From Candidatus Jorgensenbacteria bacterium GW2011_GWB1_50_10 (GTDB lineage: Bacteria; Patescibacteriota; Minisyncoccia; UBA6257; GWB1-50-10): a stretch of DNA of 64,000 nucleotides. The stretch's first letter is position 1, and every line of letters starts with the position of its first letter. The position numbers and the translations under genes are program-made. Of this stretch, positions 20,616 to 29,486 are shown piece by piece. Location: positions 102,928-166,927 of the forward strand of contig LCQK01000001.1 in the NCBI GenBank assembly GCA_001004105.1, written 5' to 3'. The notes under the pieces were generated by a model. That model was not told the origin of the DNA. It saw only the letters and a list, made by a program, of their open reading frames with translations, and searched no databases.

Positions 20616-22067
20616 ATGAAAAAACATCTCCACGATTTGACCATTAAAGGTTTTCATGAGGGACTTTTGAACAAGGAGTTTTCAGCTTTTGAGATTGCGG
20701 AGGGTTATTTTGACTGGATTGCCGAGAAAGACAAGGAAGTCGGCGCTTATCTTTCGCTCCAAAAAGACGAGGCATTAAAGAGCGCTTCGGAGGTTGATGT
20801 AAAAGTCGCCTCCGGCGTTGAAGTGGATGTTTTGGCCGGAGTGCCTCTGGCCGTGAAAGACGTGGTTTTGATCGAGGATGCGCCTGCCTCTGCCGGTTCA
20901 AAAATTTTGGAAAAATACAGTGCAAGTTACGACGCAACTGTTATAAAAAAACTAAAAGAGGCACAAGCGGTATTTTTAGGGAAAACAAATTTGGATGAGT
21001 TCGCAATGGGTTCTTCCACCGAGAACTCCGGCTACAGGCTGGTTCACAATCCTTATGATTTATTGCGGGTGCCGGGTGGCTCTTCCGGCGGCTCGGCCGC
21101 CGCCGTCGCCGCGAACATGGCTTTAGCCGCACTGGGTACCGACACCGGCGGGTCCATCCGCCAGCCGGCCGCTTTCTGCGGCGTGGTCGGTTTGAAGCCG
21201 ACGTATGGCGCGGTTTCCCGCCACGGGCTTATCGCTCTTGCTTCCAGCCTGGACCAAATCGGGCCTTTCGGAAAAACCGCGGAGGACGCGGCAATAGTGT
21301 TTTCAAAAATAAGAGGTAGCGACCCGTTTGATTCTACAAGCGTTGAGGCGGAGGAAGACGATTTATTGAAGCCCGATTTTGAGAGGATAAAGAAACTGCG
21401 CGTTGGTATCCCCAAAGAATATTTTGCAGGCGGTTTATCGCCGGAAGTTGAAAAAGGAATGGCGGAGGCGGAGCGGCGCTTGCGCAGTTTGAAACTGGAA
21501 TTCGAAGAAATATCGCTGCCCCACACCAAGTATGCCCTTTCCGTTTATTACATCATTTTGCCGGCCGAGGCCTCGGCGAATCTCGCCCGTTTTGACGGCA
21601 TCCGCTACAGCCGGATTGTTTCCGAAAAGGAGGTAAAAAGTTTACGCGATATTTATTTCAAAGACCGGGGCGCGGGGTTCGGGGCCGAGCCGCGGCGGCG
21701 GATTCTTTTGGGAACATTCGTTTTATCGGCCGGTTATTACGACGCTTATTACGCCAAAGCCCAAAAGGTGCGGCGGCTGATATTGCGCGATTTTGATGAG
21801 GCCTTCAAAAAGGTGGATGTGATTTTCGCGCCAACGACTCCCACCTCCGCTTTCAAAATCGGCGAGAAAACCGAGGATCCCCTCTCGATGTATCTTTCGG
21901 ATATTTTCACCATTCCGGCGAACTTGGCCGGGGTACCCGCCGTTTCCATACCGGTCAAAAAATACTCTCTAGCTGATAAGGAATTGCCTATTGGCCTCCA
22001 GTTAATCGGCCGCCATTTCCGCGAAGCCGATATTTTAGGTTTGGGGCAATACTATGAACGGCTCTGA
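20616..22067 (+). CDS. gatA: Asp/Glu-tRNA amidotransferase subunit A
   Basis: amidase signature GGSSGGSAAAVAA; 483 aa. Confidence 0.9.
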   Translation: MKKHLHDLTIKGFHEGLLNKEFSAFEIAEGYFDWIAEKDKEVGAYLSLQKDEALKSASEVDVKVASGVEVDVLAGVPLAVKDVVLIEDAPASAGSKILEKYSASYDATVIKKLKEAQAVFLGKTNLDEFAMGSSTENSGYRLVHNPYDLLRVPGGSSGGSAAAVAANMALAALGTDTGGSIRQPAAFCGVVGLKPTYGAVSRHGLIALASSLDQIGPFGKTAEDAAIVFSKIRGSDPFDSTSVEAEEDDLLKPDFERIKKLRVGIPKEYFAGGLSPEVEKGMAEAERRLRSLKLEFEEISLPHTKYALSVYYIILPAEASANLARFDGIRYSRIVSEKEVKSLRDIYFKDRGAGFGAEPRRRILLGTFVLSAGYYDAYYAKAQKVRRLILRDFDEAFKKVDVIFAPTTPTSAFKIGEKTEDPLSMYLSDIFTIPANLAGVPAVSIPVKKYSLADKELPIGLQLIGRHFREADILGLGQYYERL

Positions 22068-22744
22068 AGCGCCTCCTCCGCATATTTCATGTCTTCAGGG
22101 GTGGCGATCGGGAACCAAAAATTGGCTTTGACGGCCATCACTTTCTCGTGTTTCGCCATTTCAGCGACGGCGGTTGAAAGATAATATTCGCTGTTTACCG
22201 CATACGGCGGCGGATATTGGAAAATTTTGTTGGTGAGAAGCAGGCCGTTGGCAAGAACCGTATTGGTGGGGGGATTTTCCGGTTTCTCAATTATTTCTTT
22301 AACGGAACCGTCTTCGTTCAAGACCACCACGCCGAAACGGCGCGGGTCGGCGACCTCGCTTACGAGAACCGCCTGTTCATAGTCGGTCATTTTGCGGATC
22401 GTTTCGGCATCTATTAAGTCATCGCCGTAAAAAACAAAGAACCTTTTATCCTTGTCGTTATATACGAGGGGATAGCAAAGAGAGACGGCGTGGTAGGTGC
22501 CGCGCTGATTTTCTTGCTCCACATAACTGACTTTTTTGCCCAGGAATTCGTCCTTGCAGTAATTTTTTATTTGATCCCCAAGGTAGCCCACCACAAGAAT
22601 GATTTCGTCGACGGCCTCAGGCAGTTTTGAAACAAGGTGATAAATCAAGGGCTTGCCCGCGACCTCAAGAAGCGGTTTCGGCTTGGTAAGCGTAAGGGGC
22701 CGCATTCTTACGCCGTTGCCGGCAACTAAAAATATAGCTTTCAT
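22052..22744 (-). CDS. sugar-phosphate nucleotidyltransferase family protein
   Basis: MKAIFLVAGNGVRMRPLTLTKPKPLLEVAGKPL NTP-transferase N-terminus; 16 nt convergent overlap with gatA. Confidence 0.7.
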   Translation of the reverse strand: MKAIFLVAGNGVRMRPLTLTKPKPLLEVAGKPLIYHLVSKLPEAVDEIILVVGYLGDQIKNYCKDEFLGKKVSYVEQENQRGTYHAVSLCYPLVYNDKDKRFFVFYGDDLIDAETIRKMTDYEQAVLVSEVADPRRFGVVVLNEDGSVKEIIEKPENPPTNTVLANGLLLTNKIFQYPPPYAVNSEYYLSTAVAEMAKHEKVMAVKANFWFPIATPEDMKYAEEALQSRS

Positions 22745-22759
22745 ACTTTTATTTTTTTG

Positions 22760-22834
22760 CGGACCCGACCGGATTTGAACCGGCGATCTTCCCCGTGACA
22801 GGGGGACGTGTTAACCGGGCTACACCACGGGTCC
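22760..22834 (-). tRNA. tRNA-Asp (GTC)
   Basis: cloverleaf folded by hand; anticodon loop CTGTCAC; GTTCAAATCC T-loop. Confidence 0.8.
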
Positions 22835-22838
22835 ACTG

Positions 22839-22910
22839 TGCCGGCAGCAGGGATTGAACCTGCGACCTAGGGCTTATGAGTCCCTCGCTCTGCCACTGAG
22901 CTATGCCGGC
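22839..22910 (-). tRNA. tRNA-Met/CAT-anticodon tRNA (elongator type or tRNA-Ile2)
   Basis: anticodon loop CTCATAA; G1:C72; GTTCAATCC T-loop. Confidence 0.75.
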
Positions 22911-22972
22911 GGCGGTTTTTTTCAATATACATCAGTATTGAATTTTTTCAAATTTATTGCTATCTTAATGAA

Positions 22973-23044
22973 CGCGGGTAGGTGCTCCGGATGCACGGGA
23001 GGCCCATAACCTCCTCGTAGCGGGTCCGATTCCCGCACCCGCAA
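22973..23044 (+). ncRNA. atypical tRNA-like element, CAT anticodon, C1:A72, abutting the pheS start
   Basis: folds as a cloverleaf (acceptor CGCGGGT/ACCCGCA, D stem GTGC/GCAC, anticodon stem GGAGG/CCTCC, loop CCCATAA, T stem GCGGG/CCCGC) but has A8, C33 and C55 where U is near-universal. Confidence 0.45.
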
Positions 23045-23048
23045 CACA

Positions 23049-24182
23049 ATGAGAGAGATAATAATTAACTCCGAGGAGGAAAAGAAAATACTGAAGGAAC
23101 TGGAAAAAAGAAACGACATTGAAGCAATCCGACTCAAAAGGTTTTTCGGAATGCCGGATTTGTCAAGAACGCCGGGAAGCCCCCTTTACGAGCTGGTTCA
23201 AAGAGTTAAGAAAATCCCCGTTTTTCAAGATTTCGACGACATTAAAATTCCGGAAATCGTTCCAACGCGCGTTTTATTTGACCTTTTTAACATGCCGCCC
23301 GGACATCCGGCGCGAAGCAAATCGGACACTTATTACGTAGACGAGAATCACATCTTGATTACTCATGATACCGTTATGTGGTACTACTATTTCGAGCACC
23401 CGAGGGTTTTGGAAAAAATAGCTGGGGGCGAGGATTTGGGTGTGGTATGTTACGCGAAAGTTTACCGCAAGGACGAGATTGACCAGCACCATATGAACGT
23501 ATTTCACCAGTTCGGTGGCCTCTATCTTACAAGGAATGAGAAGAGAAAAGTCGTTCTTGACGATCTTAAGAATGTCCTGGGAGATGTAGCGAAGAGTGTT
23601 TTTGGTCCCGGCGTGGAGTACAATTTTACTCTTGAAGTTTTTCCCTATACCGATCCGAGCGTTGAAATGAACATCAAGATAAAAGGAAAGTGGGTTGAAA
23701 TGGTCGGCTCCGGGTTGCCTCGCAAAGACGTACTGGCAAATTTTGGGGTGAGTGGTTATAACGGCTGGGCTTTTGGTTTCGGTTTGGAAAGGTTGGCAAT
23801 AGTGAGCATGGATTTACCCGACATCCGTCTCTTATGGTCCGATGACCCGCGAGTAAAGCGTCAGTTGAAACTAGGCAGCAAATTCAAGGAGGTTTCCAAG
23901 TACCCGCCCATCACGAGGGACATTTCGTTTGTGGTCGGTAACAACTTCGTTTCTAACAACTACTTTGACTTGATCCGGGATCTGGGCGGCAGTTTGGTTG
24001 AAGAAGTGAAATTGCTTGATACTTACGAGAACGAAGAAAAATTCGGCAAAGATAAAGTGAGCTACACTTTTCGCATCACTTACCGTTCGCCCGAGCGGAC
24101 GCTCACCAACGAGGAAGTGGACAAGATTCAGAAGGAAATCGAATCCCGCACCCAAGAGGAATTTAAGGCAGTGGTGCGGTAG
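23049..24182 (+). CDS. pheS: phenylalanine--tRNA ligase, monomeric mitochondrial type (PheS catalytic core fused to an FDX-ACB anticodon-binding domain)
   Basis: class II motif FNMPPGHPARSKSDTYYV; C-terminal ...FRITYRSPERTLTNEEVDKIQKEI matches the PheT/FARS2 FDX-ACB domain; no pheT adjacent. Confidence 0.8.
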   Translation: MREIIINSEEEKKILKELEKRNDIEAIRLKRFFGMPDLSRTPGSPLYELVQRVKKIPVFQDFDDIKIPEIVPTRVLFDLFNMPPGHPARSKSDTYYVDENHILITHDTVMWYYYFEHPRVLEKIAGGEDLGVVCYAKVYRKDEIDQHHMNVFHQFGGLYLTRNEKRKVVLDDLKNVLGDVAKSVFGPGVEYNFTLEVFPYTDPSVEMNIKIKGKWVEMVGSGLPRKDVLANFGVSGYNGWAFGFGLERLAIVSMDLPDIRLLWSDDPRVKRQLKLGSKFKEVSKYPPITRDISFVVGNNFVSNNYFDLIRDLGGSLVEEVKLLDTYENEEKFGKDKVSYTFRITYRSPERTLTNEEVDKIQKEIESRTQEEFKAVVR

Positions 24183-26300
24183 CTACTCCCAATGAGTTTC
24201 TTTTTTGAAATCCGTGAGGCGCTCCCGGAGAGCCGTAAAATTTTTGAGCGACGGGTCTTTTTTTAATATCGCGAGCGCTTCCTCGCGCGCATCTTTCACC
24301 AGTTCCAGATTTTGGAGGGCTTTCATTGCCAAATCCGGCATACCGGTCTGGATGGTACCCAGAAATTCGCCCGGTCCCCGGATCGCCAGATCCCTTTCGG
24401 CCAGTTCAAAACCGTTTTTGGCTTTCACTATTGATTCCAATCTTCGGCGGGTGGTTTTTGATGAAGAATCGGTGAAAAGAAAACAGAATGACTGGTGTTC
24501 TCCGCGGCCGACTCGCCCCCGGAATTGGTAAAGCTGGGCCAAACCGAAGCGGTCGGCTCCTTCAATCATCATAATGGTCGCGTTCGGCACATCCACGCCG
24601 ACCTCCACCACCGAAGTAGCTACTAAAATATCTATTCTTTCGCGTTTATCCGCCGAAGCTTTAGCGAAGGCGGACATGGTTCTTTCTTTTTCTTTTGATG
24701 CCATTTTGCCGTGAAGTACGGAAACGCGCAGGTCCGGGAAGATTTTTTTGGCCAGTTTCTCAAATTCCTCTTTCACGGATTTGATTTCCAGTTTGCCGGT
24801 GTCCGTTTCGTTTTTTTCGCCCGGTTCGATGCGCGGGCAGATGACGAAAACCTGCCGGTCTCTTTTAACCTGGCCGCGGATGAAAGCGTAGGCCTTCTCG
24901 CGGTTTTCGGGGGCAACCACCTTGGTGATTATCGGCTTCCGGTTTTTGGGGAGTTCGGTGATAAGCGACAAATCCAAATCGCCGAACAAAGTAAGCGATA
25001 AAGTGCGGGGGATGGGAGTCGCCGACATAGAAAGGAGATGCGGCACCAAATTTTTGCCGCCCACCAGTTCTTTTCTCTGCTTTACGCCGAAACGGTGCTG
25101 TTCGTCGATGACGACGAGCGCCAAATTGAGGAAGGAAACGTTTTTTTGGATAAGAGCGTGGGTGCCGACCGAGATTTTTATTTTGCCGTTCGATATCTCT
25201 TTCAGGAAATCCGGTTTTTTGATGCTCGACTCCAGTCTATGGCCGTAAAAAATCTTCGCTTCCGACGAAGTCAAAAGCCCGATTTCGGCCCCAAGCTCGC
25301 TGAAAATTTTCTTCAGGGTGCCGTAGTGCTGGCGGGCGAGAATTTCGGTCGGCGCCATGAAAGCGGTCTGTGCGCCGTTTTTGGCGGCAACAAGAGCCGC
25401 GACGGCGGCAATAACTGTTTTGCCGCTCCCCACATCGCCCTGGAGCAGACGGTTCATCGGTTGCGTTTTATTCAGGTCTTTCAGAATCTCCCAGAGGGAT
25501 TTTTTCTGGGTTTCGGTAAGTTCAAAAGGCAGTTTGGAGAGAATCTCCTTAATTTCCTCAATTTTAAATTTGAGCGGCATCGCTTTCTCTTTGGCTATCT
25601 TCAGTTTTTCGGTGAGGACGGTGAACTCCAAGAGTAAAAGGTCTTCAAAAGCGAAGCGGCGCTTGGCGGCGACGGCTTCTTCCAAATTTTCTGGGAAATG
25701 GACGGCCTGAAGCGCCTCGTTTATCTCCGGCAGGTTTTTATTTTTTAAAATGTCGTGAGGAATGAAATCCCTTAACTTTTCCAGTTCGTCCAAAACAGGC
25801 TTTATGAGATAGCGGAGGCCTTTAGAAGTAAGTCCTCTCGTTTCCGGGTAAATCGGCACGATGCGGCCGGTGTGTTTCGTTTCCCTCCAGTCGCTTACGA
25901 GTTCGTAGACGGGGTTCGAAAGATAAATTTCTTCGTTTGAGACAACCACTTTGCCGGAAAAATTCGCGATCCTACCAGGTTGAAGGATGTTTTTGATGTA
26001 GGGCTGGTTGAACCAAACCGCCCGAATGGAGCCGGTTTCATCACTTACAAGCGCCTCCACAATATAGAGATGTTTCCGCCAAGTGCGGCGGCCGCCGATT
26101 TCTTTGATGACTCCCTGAATGGTCGCCTCCTGATTTGGTTCCAAGTCCCGGATAGCGTAAATTTGAGAAAAATCCTCGTAGCGGGTGGGGAAATGCCAGA
26201 GTAAATCTCTAACGTTTTGGATTCCGAGATTTTTCAGTTTGCTCAAAAACCGCGGGCCAATGCCGTAAACTTCCGAGAGCGGCGCGCCAAGCTGAATCAC
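24183..26300 (-). CDS. recG: ATP-dependent DNA helicase RecG
   Basis: 705 aa; wedge/OB N-terminus; helicase motifs GDVGSGKT, DEQHRFG. Confidence 0.9.
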   Translation of the reverse strand: MIQLGAPLSEVYGIGPRFLSKLKNLGIQNVRDLLWHFPTRYEDFSQIYAIRDLEPNQEATIQGVIKEIGGRRTWRKHLYIVEALVSDETGSIRAVWFNQPYIKNILQPGRIANFSGKVVVSNEEIYLSNPVYELVSDWRETKHTGRIVPIYPETRGLTSKGLRYLIKPVLDELEKLRDFIPHDILKNKNLPEINEALQAVHFPENLEEAVAAKRRFAFEDLLLLEFTVLTEKLKIAKEKAMPLKFKIEEIKEILSKLPFELTETQKKSLWEILKDLNKTQPMNRLLQGDVGSGKTVIAAVAALVAAKNGAQTAFMAPTEILARQHYGTLKKIFSELGAEIGLLTSSEAKIFYGHRLESSIKKPDFLKEISNGKIKISVGTHALIQKNVSFLNLALVVIDEQHRFGVKQRKELVGGKNLVPHLLSMSATPIPRTLSLTLFGDLDLSLITELPKNRKPIITKVVAPENREKAYAFIRGQVKRDRQVFVICPRIEPGEKNETDTGKLEIKSVKEEFEKLAKKIFPDLRVSVLHGKMASKEKERTMSAFAKASADKRERIDILVATSVVEVGVDVPNATIMMIEGADRFGLAQLYQFRGRVGRGEHQSFCFLFTDSSSKTTRRRLESIVKAKNGFELAERDLAIRGPGEFLGTIQTGMPDLAMKALQNLELVKDAREEALAILKKDPSLKNFTALRERLTDFKKETHWE

Positions 26301-26322
26301 GCGCCATATTATACCACGAAAT

Positions 26323-27159
26323 TTATTTTTTCTTAAGTTTTTTTCTCAACCGTTCCAGGTAAAGACAGATGCCGAAAAAAACCTGGTCGTTTTTGAGCGC
26401 TTGGAGCGGATTGCGTTTTCTCAAGTCCTCCTTTTGGGTGAGAAGTTCGTTAGCGATAGCGAGGTCGGTTTCGTATGTTTCGGCAATAGCCGGCTGCCCG
26501 ACTGCTCGGGCGTAGGCCGCGAAAGCTTCAAGCTGCAAGCGTATTTCTTCAAGCATAATGATTTGCATCGGGTGCTCGGCAAGCTTCCCCTGGTCGCGGG
26601 CGAGCCAGACGGGGATCAATTGTTCGACTGTTCTTTGGTCGGCGCCCACGACCACCTCGGGTATTTGCTGGACTTCGCCTCGGAGAGAGGAGGATTTGAA
26701 ATATTTCACCTGGGCAAGCTCGCCCCTTTCTATTTTTGAAACGATCCGCTCGAGTTTTTTATCAAGGACCGGGTTAAAAGTGACGTCAATGCCGAGCGCC
26801 AACCGGGAGGTTTTACCCGGTTCGCCGGTGAATTCAACAATTTCATCAACGCCGTTTTTTACGTCATCGTAACGTGACGTCTTCATTGTTCTGGCGTCTG
26901 GTCCGAGCCAGTCGCTTAGTTCGGCCTGTTCGTGGATAATAGCTTCGAGGACGGTCGCCATTTTGCTCGGCTCACGGTATTCCGGGCTGGCCTCAATTTT
27001 TTGAATTTCAGCTAAGTCGCGTTCAACATTATCTTCCCCGTAAAGGTCAATAAAATCTTTTTCTTTAATTACGTCGAGAGCCAAAGCTTCCTCGGCGCGT
27101 CTAAATGCAAGCTCAACATCGGTTTCTTGTTCTATCTCTCTTTCGAATTGATTTCTCAT
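26323..27159 (-). CDS. hypothetical protein
   Basis: 278 aa acidic ORF; no motif recognised. Confidence 0.5.
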   Translation of the reverse strand: MRNQFEREIEQETDVELAFRRAEEALALDVIKEKDFIDLYGEDNVERDLAEIQKIEASPEYREPSKMATVLEAIIHEQAELSDWLGPDARTMKTSRYDDVKNGVDEIVEFTGEPGKTSRLALGIDVTFNPVLDKKLERIVSKIERGELAQVKYFKSSSLRGEVQQIPEVVVGADQRTVEQLIPVWLARDQGKLAEHPMQIIMLEEIRLQLEAFAAYARAVGQPAIAETYETDLAIANELLTQKEDLRKRNPLQALKNDQVFFGICLYLERLRKKLKKK

Positions 27160-27172
27160 TGAGTTTTTATTG

Positions 27173-27244
27173 TCCGCCCGGTAGGACTTGAACCTACAAC
27201 CGTCTCCTTAAGAGGGAGCTGCTCTGCCATTGAGCTACGGGCGG
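27173..27244 (-). tRNA. tRNA-Lys (CTT)
   Basis: anticodon loop CTCTTAA; GTTCAAGTCC T-loop; 72 nt without CCA. Confidence 0.75.
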
Positions 27245-27318
27245 CTATTTTGGGACTGTTGATAGGTTGAAGTTGCGAAGTATATTATAAGCGATTTGTT
27301 ATAATTATAAAAGAGATT

Positions 27319-27612
27319 ATGGATGGAACAATTGGAGCAGGGTCATCGCCTAAAAAATTAGTCGTTACTATTGTTGTCGCGATAATTGTTGTCGTCCTTC
27401 TTGGCGCGGCTTATTGGTGGTTTGGTCTGCGGGAAGTAAAGACGCCCGAAGAAAAAGCAACCGAATCCTTTGAAAAATCGCTCCAGTCGGCCGGCGCCGG
27501 CGCCTTGCCGGAAATTAATCCGCTTTCTAATCCCCTGGAAGAAATGCCCGACATAAACGCCGTCAGTAAAACCAACCCCTTTAAAGACATTAAAACAAAT
27601 CCATTTGAATAA
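27319..27612 (+). CDS. small membrane-anchored protein, hypothetical
   Basis: TM VVTIVVAIIVVVLLGAAYWWF; abuts the Cys-repeat protein gene. Confidence 0.5.
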   Translation: MDGTIGAGSSPKKLVVTIVVAIIVVVLLGAAYWWFGLREVKTPEEKATESFEKSLQSAGAGALPEINPLSNPLEEMPDINAVSKTNPFKDIKTNPFE

Positions 27613-27614
27613 TT

Positions 27615-29300
27615 ATGTCTTTCCCGCTCAATCAAAAAAATATTCTCGCCGGCATTATTCTTGGTTTTGCCATTTTCGTTTCTTTGTTTCTCTATGCCGG
27701 CGCCACCTCAAAAGAAGACATAGTTTTTCCGGTACCGGAATTGGGCAGTTGTAAGAGCGAGGGCGATTGCCGAACTTATTGCGATAATCCCAAGAACATC
27801 ACCGCCTGCGTTGCTTTTGCCGAAAAACACAATTTAATTTCACCAGATGAAGCTAAGCAGGCTCGGCAGTTCGCTCAAGTTGGCGTTGGACCCGGCGGCT
27901 GTACCACCAAAGACGCCTGTGAAAATTACTGTAATGACGTCAGTAATATTGATGAGTGTATTTCCTTTGCCGAAAGAAACAACTTGATGCCGCCCGGCGA
28001 GTTGGAAGAGGCGAGAAAAGTTCAGGCCGCTTTAGCGAGAGGCGCAAAACTACCCGGCGGTTGTACCAATAAGCAATCCTGCGACAATTATTGTAATGAC
28101 CCCAGTCATATGGAAGAGTGTATTACTTTCGCCGAGGCCGCGGGATTCATCCCGCCGGATGAATTGGTAGAAGCCAAAAAAGTTTTGGAAGCGGTAAGAC
28201 GTGGCGCAAAACCACCGCCTTGTCGCGGCAGGGCCGAATGTGATGTTTATTGTTCCGAACCCAATAATTTTGAGGCCTGCATTGCTTTTGCCGAAGCAGC
28301 CGGCTTTGTCTCTAGGGAAGAAGCAGCCATGGCTCGTAAAACCGGCGGCAAGGGTCCGGGCAACTGTCGCGGCCGCGAAGAATGCGATAGATTTTGTCAG
28401 GATGAGAATAACTTTGAAACCTGTCTGGCGTTTGCCGAAGAGCATGGTTTTATTTCCAAAGACGAAGTAGAAATGGCTCGGAAGACCGGCGGCAAAGGTC
28501 CGGGCGATTGTAAAAGCAAAGAACAATGCGAAGCATTTTGTGAGAACCCGGCCAATCAGGAAACTTGTTTCAATTTTGCCAAAGAACACGGTTTAATACC
28601 AGAGGAAGATTTGCGGCAAATGGAAGAAGGCAAGCAGCAGATGATGCAAGGTTTTACCGAGGCGCCGAGAGAGGTAATGGAGTGTCTTACGGGCGCTCTT
28701 GGCAGTGAAACAATTGAGAAATTGAAAGCGGGCACGGCAATGCCCAGCCGCGACATCGGCGATAAAATGCGGGAGTGTTTTGAAAAAATGGGGCCGCCAT
28801 CCGGGCAAGGCGGGCCGGGTGGCGGACCACCGTCTGGTTTTGGCGGAGCGCCGGGAGCGGGATTTAGCGGTCCGGGCGGGTGTAAAACTCCCGAAGAATG
28901 CACGACTTATTGTATAGAACATCAGGAAGAGTGCCAGAATTTTGCTCCGCCAGGAGGAGGTGATCAAGGTGGTCAAGGCGGACAAACCGGATCCATTGTT
29001 TGCGACGCCATTATGCCAGAGTGCATAGGATGGGAAGAATTTTGCAAAGCCCGTCCAGATGACCAACGTTGTTCTGCATCAGGTGACGGTTCTTCTCCGC
29101 CTCCCTCGGGAGGTGGTGGCGCTGATTTTAGCGGACCGGGTGGTTGCAAGACTACTGAAGAATGTCAGACCTATTGCACACAAAATTATCAGGATCCGGC
29201 GTGCCAGCAGTTCAGCCCGGGTTCAAGGCTCGAACCGGCTAATCAGGGATTTTTCGCTGGAGTGTTAAGCACCTTCGGGCTGTTATTAGGAATTCGTTAA
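27615..29300 (+). CDS. Cys-rich repeat surface protein (about 8 tandem ~45 aa Cys4 modules, signal-anchor, C-terminal hydrophobic tail)
   Basis: repeats of G-G-C-x5-C-x3-C-x9-C-x-F-A-E-x2-G-(F/L)-I with conserved spacing; N-terminal TM; ends ...QGFFAGVLSTFGLLLGIR. Confidence 0.75.
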   Translation: MSFPLNQKNILAGIILGFAIFVSLFLYAGATSKEDIVFPVPELGSCKSEGDCRTYCDNPKNITACVAFAEKHNLISPDEAKQARQFAQVGVGPGGCTTKDACENYCNDVSNIDECISFAERNNLMPPGELEEARKVQAALARGAKLPGGCTNKQSCDNYCNDPSHMEECITFAEAAGFIPPDELVEAKKVLEAVRRGAKPPPCRGRAECDVYCSEPNNFEACIAFAEAAGFVSREEAAMARKTGGKGPGNCRGREECDRFCQDENNFETCLAFAEEHGFISKDEVEMARKTGGKGPGDCKSKEQCEAFCENPANQETCFNFAKEHGLIPEEDLRQMEEGKQQMMQGFTEAPREVMECLTGALGSETIEKLKAGTAMPSRDIGDKMRECFEKMGPPSGQGGPGGGPPSGFGGAPGAGFSGPGGCKTPEECTTYCIEHQEECQNFAPPGGGDQGGQGGQTGSIVCDAIMPECIGWEEFCKARPDDQRCSASGDGSSPPPSGGGGADFSGPGGCKTTEECQTYCTQNYQDPACQQFSPGSRLEPANQGFFAGVLSTFGLLLGIR

Positions 29301-29348
29301 AAGTCTAGCTTATCTTGCAAGACATAACTACCCCTAATTTTGATTTTG

Positions 29349-29420
29349 TGCCCTTGAGAGGATTTGAACCCCTAATCCGTGGTCCGAAGCCACGTGTGAT
29401 ATCCGTTTCACTACAAAGGC
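29349..29420 (-). tRNA. tRNA-Arg (TCG)
   Basis: anticodon stem CGTGG/CCACG, loop CTTCGGA; GTTCAAATCC T-loop. Confidence 0.7.
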
Positions 29421-29486
29421 AGAACCTATGGAGATGGGTTCCTATTTTGATTGTATCCCGCGTTTTTCAAGATTACAATTAAATCT

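Noticed and set aside
22920-23048. T-box riboswitch upstream of pheS
   Set aside because: No T-box consensus (AGGGUGGNACCGCG) or specifier or antiterminator arrangement is present. The region instead folds as a tRNA-like cloverleaf.
24205-25710. Several 100-200 aa + ORFs inside recG
   Set aside because: They are antisense or out-of-frame within a confidently identified 705 aa helicase gene.
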